This document shows, piece after piece, positions 1 through 6,845 of a stretch of DNA of 15,210 nucleotides (positions are counted from its first letter, which is position 1; every line of letters starts with the position of its first letter). Origin of the DNA: a virus (taxonomy: Duplodnaviria > Heunggongvirae > Uroviricota > Caudoviricetes); the IMG/VR virus record IMGVR_UViG_3300049919_000418, positions 150,928 through 166,137 of that record. The stretch is one strand, 5' to 3'. The notes below the pieces were generated by a model. The model was given only the letters and a program-made list of their open reading frames with translations. It was not told where the DNA came from and did not search any database. Made by a program: the position numbers and the translations under genes.

Positions 1-1
1 C

Positions 2-247
2 ATTTCTGCACAACGTCAAAGTGGTGGCACCGCCGCCATTGAAAAGCGATTGAACCGAAACTGGAAAGCTAATGGGCGGTTGTCCACCCACGTCTTGTTA
101 GCCATCTTTTTTCTCTTCTTTGGGTCGATTGGGACATTTGCCCTTATGAAGGTTCATTCCAACTTGGGAGGCAAGTTCCGCAGACCTTTTATCTCCATTG
201 AGAATTTCATGCTTAACAAAATCACCACACCCATACGGGCAATATAA
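2..247 (+). CDS. Possible C-terminal part of a hypothetical protein (5' truncated by window edge)
   Basis: Frame of track ORF 50..247 stays open back to base 2; contains a hydrophobic stretch (VLLAIFFLFFGSIGTFALM); frame 3 ending at 53 is an alternative. Confidence 0.3.
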   Translation: MSAQRQSGGTAAIEKRLNRNWKANGRLSTHVLLAIFFLFFGSIGTFALMKVHSNLGGKFRRPFISIENFMLNKITTPIRAI

Positions 248-268
248 ATAAACATAATCAGACATAAT

Positions 269-574
269 ATGAGAAATCTTGTTAAATTAGAGGATCATTC
301 GATTCTTTCGGAGTTCAAAGAAAACACAAATCAATTAAAGGGAAAAACAATCAGCGCGGTTTTGGTTGCGGAGGATGAAGCCGATTACTATGAAATCCGT
401 TTCACGGACGGAACGGGGGCGAGGGTTGACGTTCATTGCGATAAGTTTTGTGAAGGCGCTCCAGTTGCGCGAGCTACAATTGTTTTCTTGACTAACGTTA
501 AATGTCCGCCCACGGGCGCGGCTGAAAAAGCTGAAGAACCGCGACGGGAAAGCTTATGGCCCGTTGATGCGTGA
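269..574 (+). CDS. Hypothetical protein, 101 aa
   Basis: ATG start after AT-rich spacer, normal globular composition, non-overlapping. Confidence 0.75.
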   Translation: MRNLVKLEDHSILSEFKENTNQLKGKTISAVLVAEDEADYYEIRFTDGTGARVDVHCDKFCEGAPVARATIVFLTNVKCPPTGAAEKAEEPRRESLWPVDA

Positions 575-625
575 CGCCTTGTTCGGCTTTTTTAAATTAA
601 AAAAATAAACAATCAATAAAAAGCA

Positions 626-655
626 TTGCATTGCTTAAAAAAATAGGGTATTCAT
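626..655 (+). promoter_or_regulatory. Possible sigma70 promoter for 727 ORF (leadered)
   Basis: TTGCAT-17bp-TATTCA(T) in AT-rich intergenic region. Confidence 0.35.
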
Positions 656-726
656 TAGCACGTAACGCAACCGGAGCACAAAGCGAAGGGAAGCAAAGCA
701 AACTAAATATAAACTGAATACAAGCC

Positions 727-1020
727 ATGAGCACCACCCCAAAAAATAACGACAAGCGCGGACGGAAAAAAGGTTCAACCGACTCTGTTTTCGTGACGCT
801 TGAAACACTTTCGAAATATTTGAAACCAAACATGGCGATTCCAATTCGCCGGAAGTTCATCGAACAAATCGAAGCGGTGCATCAAGTAAAATTCGTTACC
901 GAAAACGATGTTCAAGAGGTTGAGGTTGCGGTTTCCATTCCAGTTTTTGCTGAGGAAAGCGCTGCCGCCAAAGCAGAATCGATTCGTCCGCATCTGGATC
1001 TTAACGAAGAAACTCTGTAA
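727..1020 (+). CDS. Small putative DNA-binding protein with AT-hook-like N-terminus
   Basis: KRGRKKGS resembles AT-hook (K/R)GRP(K/R); basic N-terminus, acidic C-terminus. Confidence 0.7.
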   Translation: MSTTPKNNDKRGRKKGSTDSVFVTLETLSKYLKPNMAIPIRRKFIEQIEAVHQVKFVTENDVQEVEVAVSIPVFAEESAAAKAESIRPHLDLNEETL

Positions 1021-1028
1021 GTTTTCAA

Positions 1029-1057
1029 TTGACAAACATTAAAAAATAAAACATTCT
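1029..1057 (+). promoter_or_regulatory. sigma70 promoter, leaderless geometry
   Basis: TTGACA-17-CATTCT-6nt-ATG(1064). Confidence 0.75.
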
Positions 1058-1063
1058 ATTTCC

Positions 1064-2146
1064 ATGAGCACGAAAAAAGTTGTGAAAAGCGGTGCGGTTG
1101 CCAAGAAAAGCGCCGCCGTGGTGAAAAAAAATATCAAACCTGCTGTGAAGAAATCTCATGCGGTTGTCAAATCTCACGATTCGGACGTTGACCTTTACTT
1201 TGATGAAGTGGTTGGACAACCACGGGCGAAAAAGCAACTCGGATTCTATCTGGATCGTCACATCAAAAACGGTTCCCCGGTTCCCCACCTGCTTTTGCTT
1301 GGAAGCAAGGGCGACGGTAAAACCCACCTTGCCAAAAAGTTCGCCAAAAATCTTCCCGATACGAAAGATCCGACACGAACAAACAAAGCGTTTTTCGCTT
1401 TCAACGGCAGCGCCATCGCATCGGTAACGATGCTTTTGGAAGATGTTTTGTCAAAGCTGCAAGACACGTATTGCACGGTGTTTATTGACGAGGCGCATGG
1501 ATTGCCGCCAAAAGTTCAAACGTCTTTGCTGACGATTCTTGAACCAAACGCGGCCAACCGAACGACTTACACCTTCAACGATGTTCAATACGAATTCGAT
1601 TTCCGCAAAATTACTTTCGTTTTCGCAACGACAGAAGATGACAAAATTTTTCATGCGCTGAAAGATCGGCTTCAATGCCTTGTGCTTGAACCATATACGG
1701 CAAAAGAACTGGCGGAAATTATCAACCGGATTGTCGGCAGCAAGGTTTCCTTTGAAAAGGGTCTTTTGGAAGAAATTTCAGGCTATGTGCGCCGAAATGC
1801 GCGGGATGCTGATCGGATGGCCAAAAACGTATTGTCTTTCGGCACTTCGCTTTTTGAGCGGGGACATTTTGAGATTCTTAAGGACAAGTTGAATCTTTTC
1901 CCTTACGGAATTACTCACGATGAAATCCGGGCGCTTAAGATTCTTCAATCGGACGGTGAATGCGCCCTTGGGCATTTAAGTTCGCGGTTGGCGCAACCCG
2001 CCAAAGCAGTTCAAAAGAGTCTGGAACCTTACCTTATTGCAGTTGGCCTTATGGAAATTGACGGCAAGCGCCGGATTACTGGGCTTGGGCGGACATTCCT
2101 TAAGGGAATCGGTGAAGGTGTGGAAACACCCGAAAAACTTCCGTAA
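1064..2146 (+). CDS. ruvB: RuvB-family Holliday junction branch migration AAA+ ATPase
   Basis: FDEVVGQ, PHLLLLG-SKGDGKT (Walker A), VFIDEAH (Walker B), FATT (sensor I), ALKDRL (Arg finger), RNARDA (sensor II), C-terminal winged helix with LEPYLIAVGLM...RRIT matching RuvB YEPYL...GR.AT. Confidence 0.9.
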   Translation: MSTKKVVKSGAVAKKSAAVVKKNIKPAVKKSHAVVKSHDSDVDLYFDEVVGQPRAKKQLGFYLDRHIKNGSPVPHLLLLGSKGDGKTHLAKKFAKNLPDTKDPTRTNKAFFAFNGSAIASVTMLLEDVLSKLQDTYCTVFIDEAHGLPPKVQTSLLTILEPNAANRTTYTFNDVQYEFDFRKITFVFATTEDDKIFHALKDRLQCLVLEPYTAKELAEIINRIVGSKVSFEKGLLEEISGYVRRNARDADRMAKNVLSFGTSLFERGHFEILKDKLNLFPYGITHDEIRALKILQSDGECALGHLSSRLAQPAKAVQKSLEPYLIAVGLMEIDGKRRITGLGRTFLKGIGEGVETPEKLP

Positions 2147-2154
2147 GAAATCCT

Positions 2155-2184
2155 TTGACAGAATAAAAAATCTCTGATAAACAT
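2155..2184 (+). promoter_or_regulatory. sigma70 promoter, very short leader
   Basis: TTGACA-18-AAACAT; ATG at 2195 (40 bp from -35). Confidence 0.6.
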
Positions 2185-2194
2185 AAAGCACGAT

Positions 2195-2506
2195 ATGAGC
2201 ACCCAAACGCAAGAGAAAAAAGAAACAGTTTACACGGTTGAGAACCTACGCCGGAAAGGTTACAAGGTTGAAATCACCCACCTTCGGAAAACGAAGGGCA
2301 AACACCCTCGTTTGCTTGAAAAGCGGGAAATCGAAAACCGCAATGACATTAACCCCAAGGGCGGTGCAACCAAAGCGGTTATCACCACCCCTGAAAAAGT
2401 TGAGGTTGAAGCTACTGTAAACTGCTTTTGGCGTGACGCATACTGCAAAAACACAGGTATCACTACTTCGCTGGAGCGGGCATTCGAGATACTTAAAGAT
2501 TCTTAA
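2195..2506 (+). CDS. Phage hypothetical protein, 103 aa
   Basis: KGGAT...C..RDAYCKNTGITTSLERA resembles, from memory, a phage motif A-x-C-S-x2-D-x-F-x4-G-x3-A-L-x-R-A; function unknown. Confidence 0.8.
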   Translation: MSTQTQEKKETVYTVENLRRKGYKVEITHLRKTKGKHPRLLEKREIENRNDINPKGGATKAVITTPEKVEVEATVNCFWRDAYCKNTGITTSLERAFEILKDS

Positions 2507-2580
2507 CATTTAAGTGTTTCCTCTAGTCCGCACAATTAGACAAGTAAAAACAAAAACAAAAGTAAAGAAAGAATAGTTGT

Positions 2581-2907
2581 ATGGCTACGAAAACAAAAAA
2601 GCTGGGACGCCCTGATTCAATCGACTGGAGCAAATTCCGGTCCTTGTGGAGGAACCTCACCAATATTCAAATCGCCAAACTGGCAGGATGCACGCCTGTT
2701 TGCGTTTACATTCGCCGAAAGAAACTGATCGATGAAGCTGAGGCCGCTGGAAAACCAGCCTCGCCCTTCATCTGCAAGCTTCCCAAGTGGACGCACGGCG
2801 ATATCGGGGAAGTCACGCCATTTGTGGCAAAAAAGATTCTGGCTGTCAAAAAGACCGGAGCCAAAAAGAACCTAAAAAAGAGTCGGAAGGTGGCGCTGTC
2901 CTCTTAA
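2581..2907 (+). CDS. Helix-turn-helix DNA-binding protein with basic tail
   Basis: LTNIQIAKLAGCTPVCVYIRRKKL fits the HTH pattern; Lys-rich termini. Confidence 0.75.
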   Translation: MATKTKKLGRPDSIDWSKFRSLWRNLTNIQIAKLAGCTPVCVYIRRKKLIDEAEAAGKPASPFICKLPKWTHGDIGEVTPFVAKKILAVKKTGAKKNLKKSRKVALSS

Positions 2908-2943
2908 TCCAAAGAGTTGAATCCCACTGTTTCCTATAGGAGT

Positions 2944-2980
2944 AGGGCAGAATCCAGAGGGGTTCTGCCCTTCTTTAATT
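2944..2980 (+). terminator. Rho-independent terminator
   Basis: 12-bp stem AGGGCAGAATCC/GGGTTCTGCCCT (one G-U), AGAG loop, followed by TCTTTAATT. Confidence 0.7.
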
Positions 2981-3003
2981 TTAATACATTACTATTTAAA
3001 AGA

Positions 3004-3333
3004 ATGAGCATTGACGAAGCAACGGAAATTTTGGCGAAACAAGGCGTTCGCGTGGATAGAGTTGGCAAAAACCAATTTAAATTAAATTATAAAGGCGGCG
3101 AGGTTTGCGTGCCTTGGGTAAGCGCCCGCTCAAAAAGGCAAGAAGGGGTCTGGAGGGGTCGGGAAGTGATTCAGTGGGCAAGGCACCCTCACAATGTTTC
3201 AAAGGGTCTGTTGAAGCACTACGACGCAAGAAAGAATCGAACGGCAACTCGGGACGCGATTCAGAGCGAGGACTTCGATTCAATTCCGCAGCAAGGCAAA
3301 ACCAAGCCAGAAAATAAATGGAACTGGGATTAA
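3004..3333 (+). CDS. Hypothetical basic protein, 109 aa
   Basis: ATG at 3004 preferred over track TTG 2917, whose extension crosses the terminator. Confidence 0.75.
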   Translation: MSIDEATEILAKQGVRVDRVGKNQFKLNYKGGEVCVPWVSARSKRQEGVWRGREVIQWARHPHNVSKGLLKHYDARKNRTATRDAIQSEDFDSIPQQGKTKPENKWNWD

Positions 3334-3353
3334 TCTAACGGGCAAAAGTTAGA

Positions 3354-3382
3354 TTGACGGCGGGCAAATATTATTTAATGCT
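3354..3382 (+). promoter_or_regulatory. sigma70 promoter, leaderless, with GC dyad
   Basis: TTGACG-17(GCGGGCAAATATTATTT)-AATGCT-6nt-ATG(3389). Confidence 0.7.
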
Positions 3383-3388
3383 TTTGAT

Positions 3389-3529
3389 ATGAAGCCGCCG
3401 CAAGCATACATTTTGTTTTATCTTTTGCGCACGAACAGACATGCGCTGTTGCCGAAATTTTTGGAGAACAAGAATCCATCCACACGGGCCAGCCTTCAAC
3501 TGATTATTAATTATGAAAGCGACCGATAA
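3389..3529 (+). CDS. Small hypothetical protein, 46 aa (not in ORF track)
   Basis: MKPPQAYILFYLLRTNRHALLPKFLENKNPSTRASLQLIINYESDR; ATG exactly 35 bp after -35 box. Confidence 0.6.
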   Translation: MKPPQAYILFYLLRTNRHALLPKFLENKNPSTRASLQLIINYESDR

Positions 3530-3854
3530 ATGGAAAAAGCTGCGCGAGGGGAACATCTGTGGCATCGTGGATTCTTACGGCGCGGTTCATTCCGTGTTAA
3601 CAGAAACGGTGGAGTTTCACGCCGATCATTTTCCCCTTTCCCATTGTCAATGGCGTTGGGATTTTGACGAAAGCATTAATTGGATTTCAATTGAGCGCCG
3701 CCCATCTGAGGAGCAGTATGAAGCTATCAGAACCCATCTAACCAAAAAATACGGAATCAAGTGGTGGGATAATGGATATCATGATATTGACCACATCTTA
3801 ACGAAGTGTGGCAAGGTTCAAAATGAATTCGGCGTTTGGGTGGATAAGGCTTGA
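3513..3854 (+). CDS. Hypothetical protein, 113 aa
   Basis: ATG start, overlaps previous ORF by 17 bp, Trp/His-rich globular sequence. Confidence 0.8.
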   Translation: MKATDKWKKLREGNICGIVDSYGAVHSVLTETVEFHADHFPLSHCQWRWDFDESINWISIERRPSEEQYEAIRTHLTKKYGIKWWDNGYHDIDHILTKCGKVQNEFGVWVDKA

Positions 3855-3880
3855 CGGCGGCGCAAATATTAATTATTACT
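3851..3880 (+). promoter_or_regulatory. sigma70 promoter, leaderless, with GC dyad
   Basis: TTGACG-17(GCGGCGCAAATATTAAT)-TATTAC(T); ATG 3887; near copy of the 3354 promoter. Confidence 0.7.
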
Positions 3881-3886
3881 TTGTTT

Positions 3887-4099
3887 ATGAAAAGCGCTAA
3901 CATTCTTCGCGATCAAGAAATTGGTTTCCCAATGCTTACAGTGAGCGAAAAAACCGTAACAATATTCCTTCCCCAAGGGTGGGCGAAGTGGAGATTAAAT
4001 AAAATCATTAATTTCTTCCGCGATGTTGCTTTCGAAATTGAAGGACTTGGGATCACCGAAAAGGTTCGGGCTTTCTTTTCCAAGGGCAAATTGTTATGA
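3887..4099 (+). CDS. Hypothetical protein, 70 aa
   Basis: ATG 3887 chosen; the track TTG start 3851 is the -35 box itself. Confidence 0.7.
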   Translation: MKSANILRDQEIGFPMLTVSEKTVTIFLPQGWAKWRLNKIINFFRDVAFEIEGLGITEKVRAFFSKGKLL

Positions 4100-4356
4100 T
4101 GCCAATAAACGGTGTCAATACTCCAGTTCTGACTAAGGATTTTGAAATGGGCGGGCGCGAATGGCGGATTCTTTTTTGGCACGGTGGCGTTAGTGAAGAG
4201 CAGAAGGTGAAACTTGAAAAAATCTGTTATAAAAAAGACAGCGACGAGTATTTTTGGTATAAAGGTAGTCTTGATTACTTTGAATTGGCGTGGGAGGAAA
4301 AGTTTTTGCTTTTAAATTCGGACGGAGGGGGACTTAATCTGCGTTACGCCTCATAA
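4096..4356 (+). CDS. Hypothetical protein, 86 aa
   Basis: ATGA 4-bp overlap with previous stop (translational coupling). Confidence 0.75.
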   Translation: MMPINGVNTPVLTKDFEMGGREWRILFWHGGVSEEQKVKLEKICYKKDSDEYFWYKGSLDYFELAWEEKFLLLNSDGGGLNLRYAS

Positions 4357-4383
4357 CAACTTTGGCCAACGATAAATTAACTT

Positions 4384-4530
4384 ATGAAAACAATTCCAAA
4401 ATTAGGAAGAACAGATAGAGAATTCGTTGCCCTAGCTGCCGCCGTTTTTGAGCAAGACGAAGAGACTAAAACAAAAATAATTTCCAGACAAGAGGAGATC
4501 CTCAAAGAGATGGAAGCGGCGGGCAGATAA
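4384..4530 (+). CDS. Small hypothetical protein, 48 aa (not in ORF track)
   Basis: MKTIPKLGRTDREFVALAAAVFEQDEETKTKIISRQEEILKEMEAAGR; helical composition, fills a gap. Confidence 0.6.
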   Translation: MKTIPKLGRTDREFVALAAAVFEQDEETKTKIISRQEEILKEMEAAGR

Positions 4531-4596
4531 CCATGCATTTAAAAAGAATCACCCGGAACATTCGAAAAATAAATCCATCGTGGTGTCGATTATTTG

Positions 4597-4624
4597 TTGA
4601 CAAATCGAATCATTAATTAATAAT
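4597..4624 (+). promoter_or_regulatory. sigma70 promoter, leaderless geometry
   Basis: TTGACA-16-AATAAT-6nt-ATG(4631). Confidence 0.75.
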
Positions 4625-4630
4625 AACGCC

Positions 4631-5119
4631 ATGACGAAACGAGAAAAGCTTTTAGAGTTTGCGACAAAGATGCACGAGGGTGTTTACCGTAAAGATGGGG
4701 TAACACCTTACATTGAACACCCGAAAGCGGTTGCCGCAATCGCGTTGGAAATGTATGAAAATGGGCATTGGATTGCTGAAAAAATTGACGCTCAAACTAA
4801 TTGGGACCACGTTTCCGCAGATACCATTTATGGCGTTGCGATCCTTCACGACCGGGAAGATGTTCCTTGGGTAACTCATGAAATGATTCTTGAGCGCTTT
4901 GGAAAGGAAATCGCAAATGGGGTGAAGGCTCTAACGGATGAAGGCGAGGCGACTTATCTTGACAAGGTATTAAAAGCAAAGCAAAATTTAATCTCCCGCC
5001 TTGTCAAGGTCGCTGATAACATCCATAACGGATCTGACTTACCACAAGGGAATTTAAAGGACAAATACTTGCTCTCCCGATATATTCTTGAAACTTATTC
5101 GGGCGGGCCAACTGCATAA
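4631..5119 (+). CDS. HD-domain small alarmone hydrolase (RelA/SpoT hydrolase, Mesh1-like)
   Basis: MHEGVYRKDGVTPYIEHPKAVA, ILHDREDV, FGKEIANGVKALTD, LVKVADNIHN match RSH hydrolase motifs; no synthetase domain. Confidence 0.88.
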   Translation: MTKREKLLEFATKMHEGVYRKDGVTPYIEHPKAVAAIALEMYENGHWIAEKIDAQTNWDHVSADTIYGVAILHDREDVPWVTHEMILERFGKEIANGVKALTDEGEATYLDKVLKAKQNLISRLVKVADNIHNGSDLPQGNLKDKYLLSRYILETYSGGPTA

Positions 5120-5121
5120 AT

Positions 5122-5451
5122 ATGTCCCGCAGAAAATCCAACAAAATAATGCGGGAGCAACATATTGCTCATTGCATTGATCGTGCCGCCGAAAGGTTCC
5201 AGCTAACCCTAACAAAAGAGGACGTTCGGCATATTTCAAGGCAAATTGGAAAAGCACGTATGGGCCGGGAAGTAACGACTCCCATAAAGAAAATTAAAGC
5301 AAGATCCCTGCGCACAATTGAATATCAAATCACGTTCAGCGGCGCTACATTTTTTTGCTATTATTCTCTTAATGATCGATTAATTAGAACAATTTTCCAC
5401 CAAAGGCCGCCTTTAGATAAGGTAGTTGACACCCCTACCGGAATTAGCTAG
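5122..5451 (+). CDS. Basic hypothetical protein, possible RelE/BECR-fold (DUF4258-like) RNase
   Basis: N-terminal HCIDRAAERF (H-x3-R-x3-R) and C-terminal beta-rich IEYQITF...FCYY...LIRTIF; fold call is an inference. Confidence 0.7.
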   Translation: MSRRKSNKIMREQHIAHCIDRAAERFQLTLTKEDVRHISRQIGKARMGREVTTPIKKIKARSLRTIEYQITFSGATFFCYYSLNDRLIRTIFHQRPPLDKVVDTPTGIS

Positions 5452-5454
5452 CCT
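5426..5454 (+). promoter_or_regulatory. sigma70 promoter inside 3' end of upstream ORF, leaderless
   Basis: TTGACA-17-TAGCCT-6nt-ATG(5461). Confidence 0.75.
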
Positions 5455-5460
5455 TCCGCT

Positions 5461-5709
5461 ATGATTCTTCACACACTTTACGGCGGACGTTCTAAATCCA
5501 AAATGGTTCGCCTTGAAACAAATTCAAAAGAAAAATGCGAGCGTTATCGTGACGCGCTGAAGGTTACGGCCAATTGTAAATACAGATGGTTTGAAATTAA
5601 AATCGCCGCGCCCGATGAGGAATTGAAGGTTCACCGTTCGCAAAATGCTTGGACTGGATACAATCAGGGCGGGCCGAAAATCACTAAGGGGAAAACTCGC
5701 ACGCGTTAA
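5461..5709 (+). CDS. Basic hypothetical protein, 82 aa
   Basis: ATG at promoter +1 position. Confidence 0.75.
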   Translation: MILHTLYGGRSKSKMVRLETNSKEKCERYRDALKVTANCKYRWFEIKIAAPDEELKVHRSQNAWTGYNQGGPKITKGKTRTR

Positions 5710-5799
5710 AGAGGGTCTTTAATTTCTAGCGGAATAGAAACCATGTCGCTTCTGTCATCGTGCAAATCGTTCTTTCTGTGGATATTTACACATATTTTG

Positions 5800-5827
5800 T
5801 TGACTTGTGAGGGTTAAATGATAAGTT
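5800..5827 (+). promoter_or_regulatory. sigma70 promoter, leaderless geometry
   Basis: TTGACT-16-TAAGTT-5nt-ATG(5833). Confidence 0.65.
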
Positions 5828-5832
5828 CGTTC

Positions 5833-6384
5833 ATGGCTGAGGAGAAAAACATTTTAAAGAGAGTTATGAACAGGGTTGAGGAATGCTTTGTAATTGCCGA
5901 AAACCATTTTGGTCAAAAATTCCCCCGCGCTGTAGTAAGGTTCGATTTGACCGGAAAAACTGCCGGGACGAGCTTTTACGCAAAAAAACTTTTACGATTC
6001 AATAGAAAGTTGTTGATCGACAATGAGGCTTATTTTATGGAAACCTGCCTACCTCACGAGATAAGTCACCATATTTCCAGACACCTTTTCTCTTATAAAA
6101 ATAACCCAAGTCACGGGCCACATTGGAAACGGATTATGGTGGAGGTATTTAGACTTCCGCCAAAGCGTTGTCATTCACTCGATGTTTCCAAGACTCGACG
6201 TAAAACAACGGAATATAGATATATTTGTTTGTGCCCAAACAAGTTCCATTTTTGCGGCCTTAACAAACACGAGAAAATCAGGCGTGGGAATACAGAATGC
6301 TGTTCAAAGTGCAATTCTAAACTGGTTTTCGACGGCAAGGGACATTCACACGCCCCAACAAAACTAATTGAAACTGAATTGTAA
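5833..6384 (+). CDS. sprT: SprT-like zinc metalloprotease with C-terminal Zn ribbon
   Basis: FDLTGKTAG, LPHEISH (HExxH), HGPHWKRIM, H-S-L-D, YICLCP...CSKC; start at 5833 by promoter geometry. Confidence 0.9.
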   Translation: MAEEKNILKRVMNRVEECFVIAENHFGQKFPRAVVRFDLTGKTAGTSFYAKKLLRFNRKLLIDNEAYFMETCLPHEISHHISRHLFSYKNNPSHGPHWKRIMVEVFRLPPKRCHSLDVSKTRRKTTEYRYICLCPNKFHFCGLNKHEKIRRGNTECCSKCNSKLVFDGKGHSHAPTKLIETEL

Positions 6385-6388
6385 AATA

Positions 6389-6715
6389 ATGAAATCGATT
6401 GAATTATACGCGCTAGCAATTGTAATGACACTTACGATATCTTTGCCTCTTTTGGTAAGCTGTGACTCACAAGCCGAAAGGGACACCCAAAACGCCGCTA
6501 ACGCTCGTCAAGCTGAAAGCGCGTTCACACTTCCCGATGGAAGAAATGTAAAACGAATGGAGGTTATAATGGCGGGCCTTGCGCACAACCATTATGTTTA
6601 TTTCGTTGACAATACCGTAACTGTTAATCACACGGTTCAGCAAGGTAAAACATCTTATAGCGCGGTTGAGATTTTCATTGACGGCGTGAAATACGTTCCC
6701 GCCGAAAAATCTTAA
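6389..6715 (+). CDS. Putative lipoprotein, 108 aa
   Basis: MKS + hydrophobic helix + LVSC lipobox; ATG 6389 just after the sprT stop preferred to TTG 6368. Confidence 0.75.
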   Translation: MKSIELYALAIVMTLTISLPLLVSCDSQAERDTQNAANARQAESAFTLPDGRNVKRMEVIMAGLAHNHYVYFVDNTVTVNHTVQQGKTSYSAVEIFIDGVKYVPAEKS

Positions 6716-6727
6716 AGGGCGGCGCAA
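6714..6727 (+). repeat. 14-bp direct repeat AAAGGGCGGCGCAA (copy at 14605-14618)
   Basis: Exact match, both copies essentially intergenic; core GCGGCGCAA shared with promoters 3851 and 13833. Confidence 0.8.
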
Positions 6728-6745
6728 ACATTTTTAATAATTTTC

Positions 6746-6774
6746 TTGCTATTCCGGCTAGGATTCAATAGCTT
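6746..6774 (+). promoter_or_regulatory. sigma70 promoter (leadered transcript, predicted start ~6781)
   Basis: TTGCTA-17-TAGCTT. Confidence 0.55.
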
Positions 6775-6780
6775 GAATTT

Positions 6781-6845
6781 GACATACGGGAAGTTACCCG
6801 CCTATGGCAGTTTAGGTCTGCCGCGATTTTAAAACAAAATAAAAC
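6781..6845 (+). promoter_or_regulatory. Putative structured 5' leader
   Basis: CATA-CGGG/CCCG-CC-TATG and GGCAG/CTGCC stems, then A-rich tract before ATG 6846. Confidence 0.45.

Noticed and set aside
588-604. Palindrome TTTTTTAA-A-TTAAAAAA and weak hairpin GCC-TTGTTC-GGC before it
   Set aside because: Low complexity; a 3-bp stem is too weak to call a terminator
1064-2146. Clamp loader, MgsA/RarA or other AAA+ assignment
   Set aside because: The C-terminal winged helix with LEPYL and overall motif spacing are RuvB-specific
4533-5817. Tiny ORFs 4533..4616 (27 aa) and 5743..5817 (24 aa)
   Set aside because: Both overlap the next promoter and have no promoter of their own or coupling evidence; likely chance
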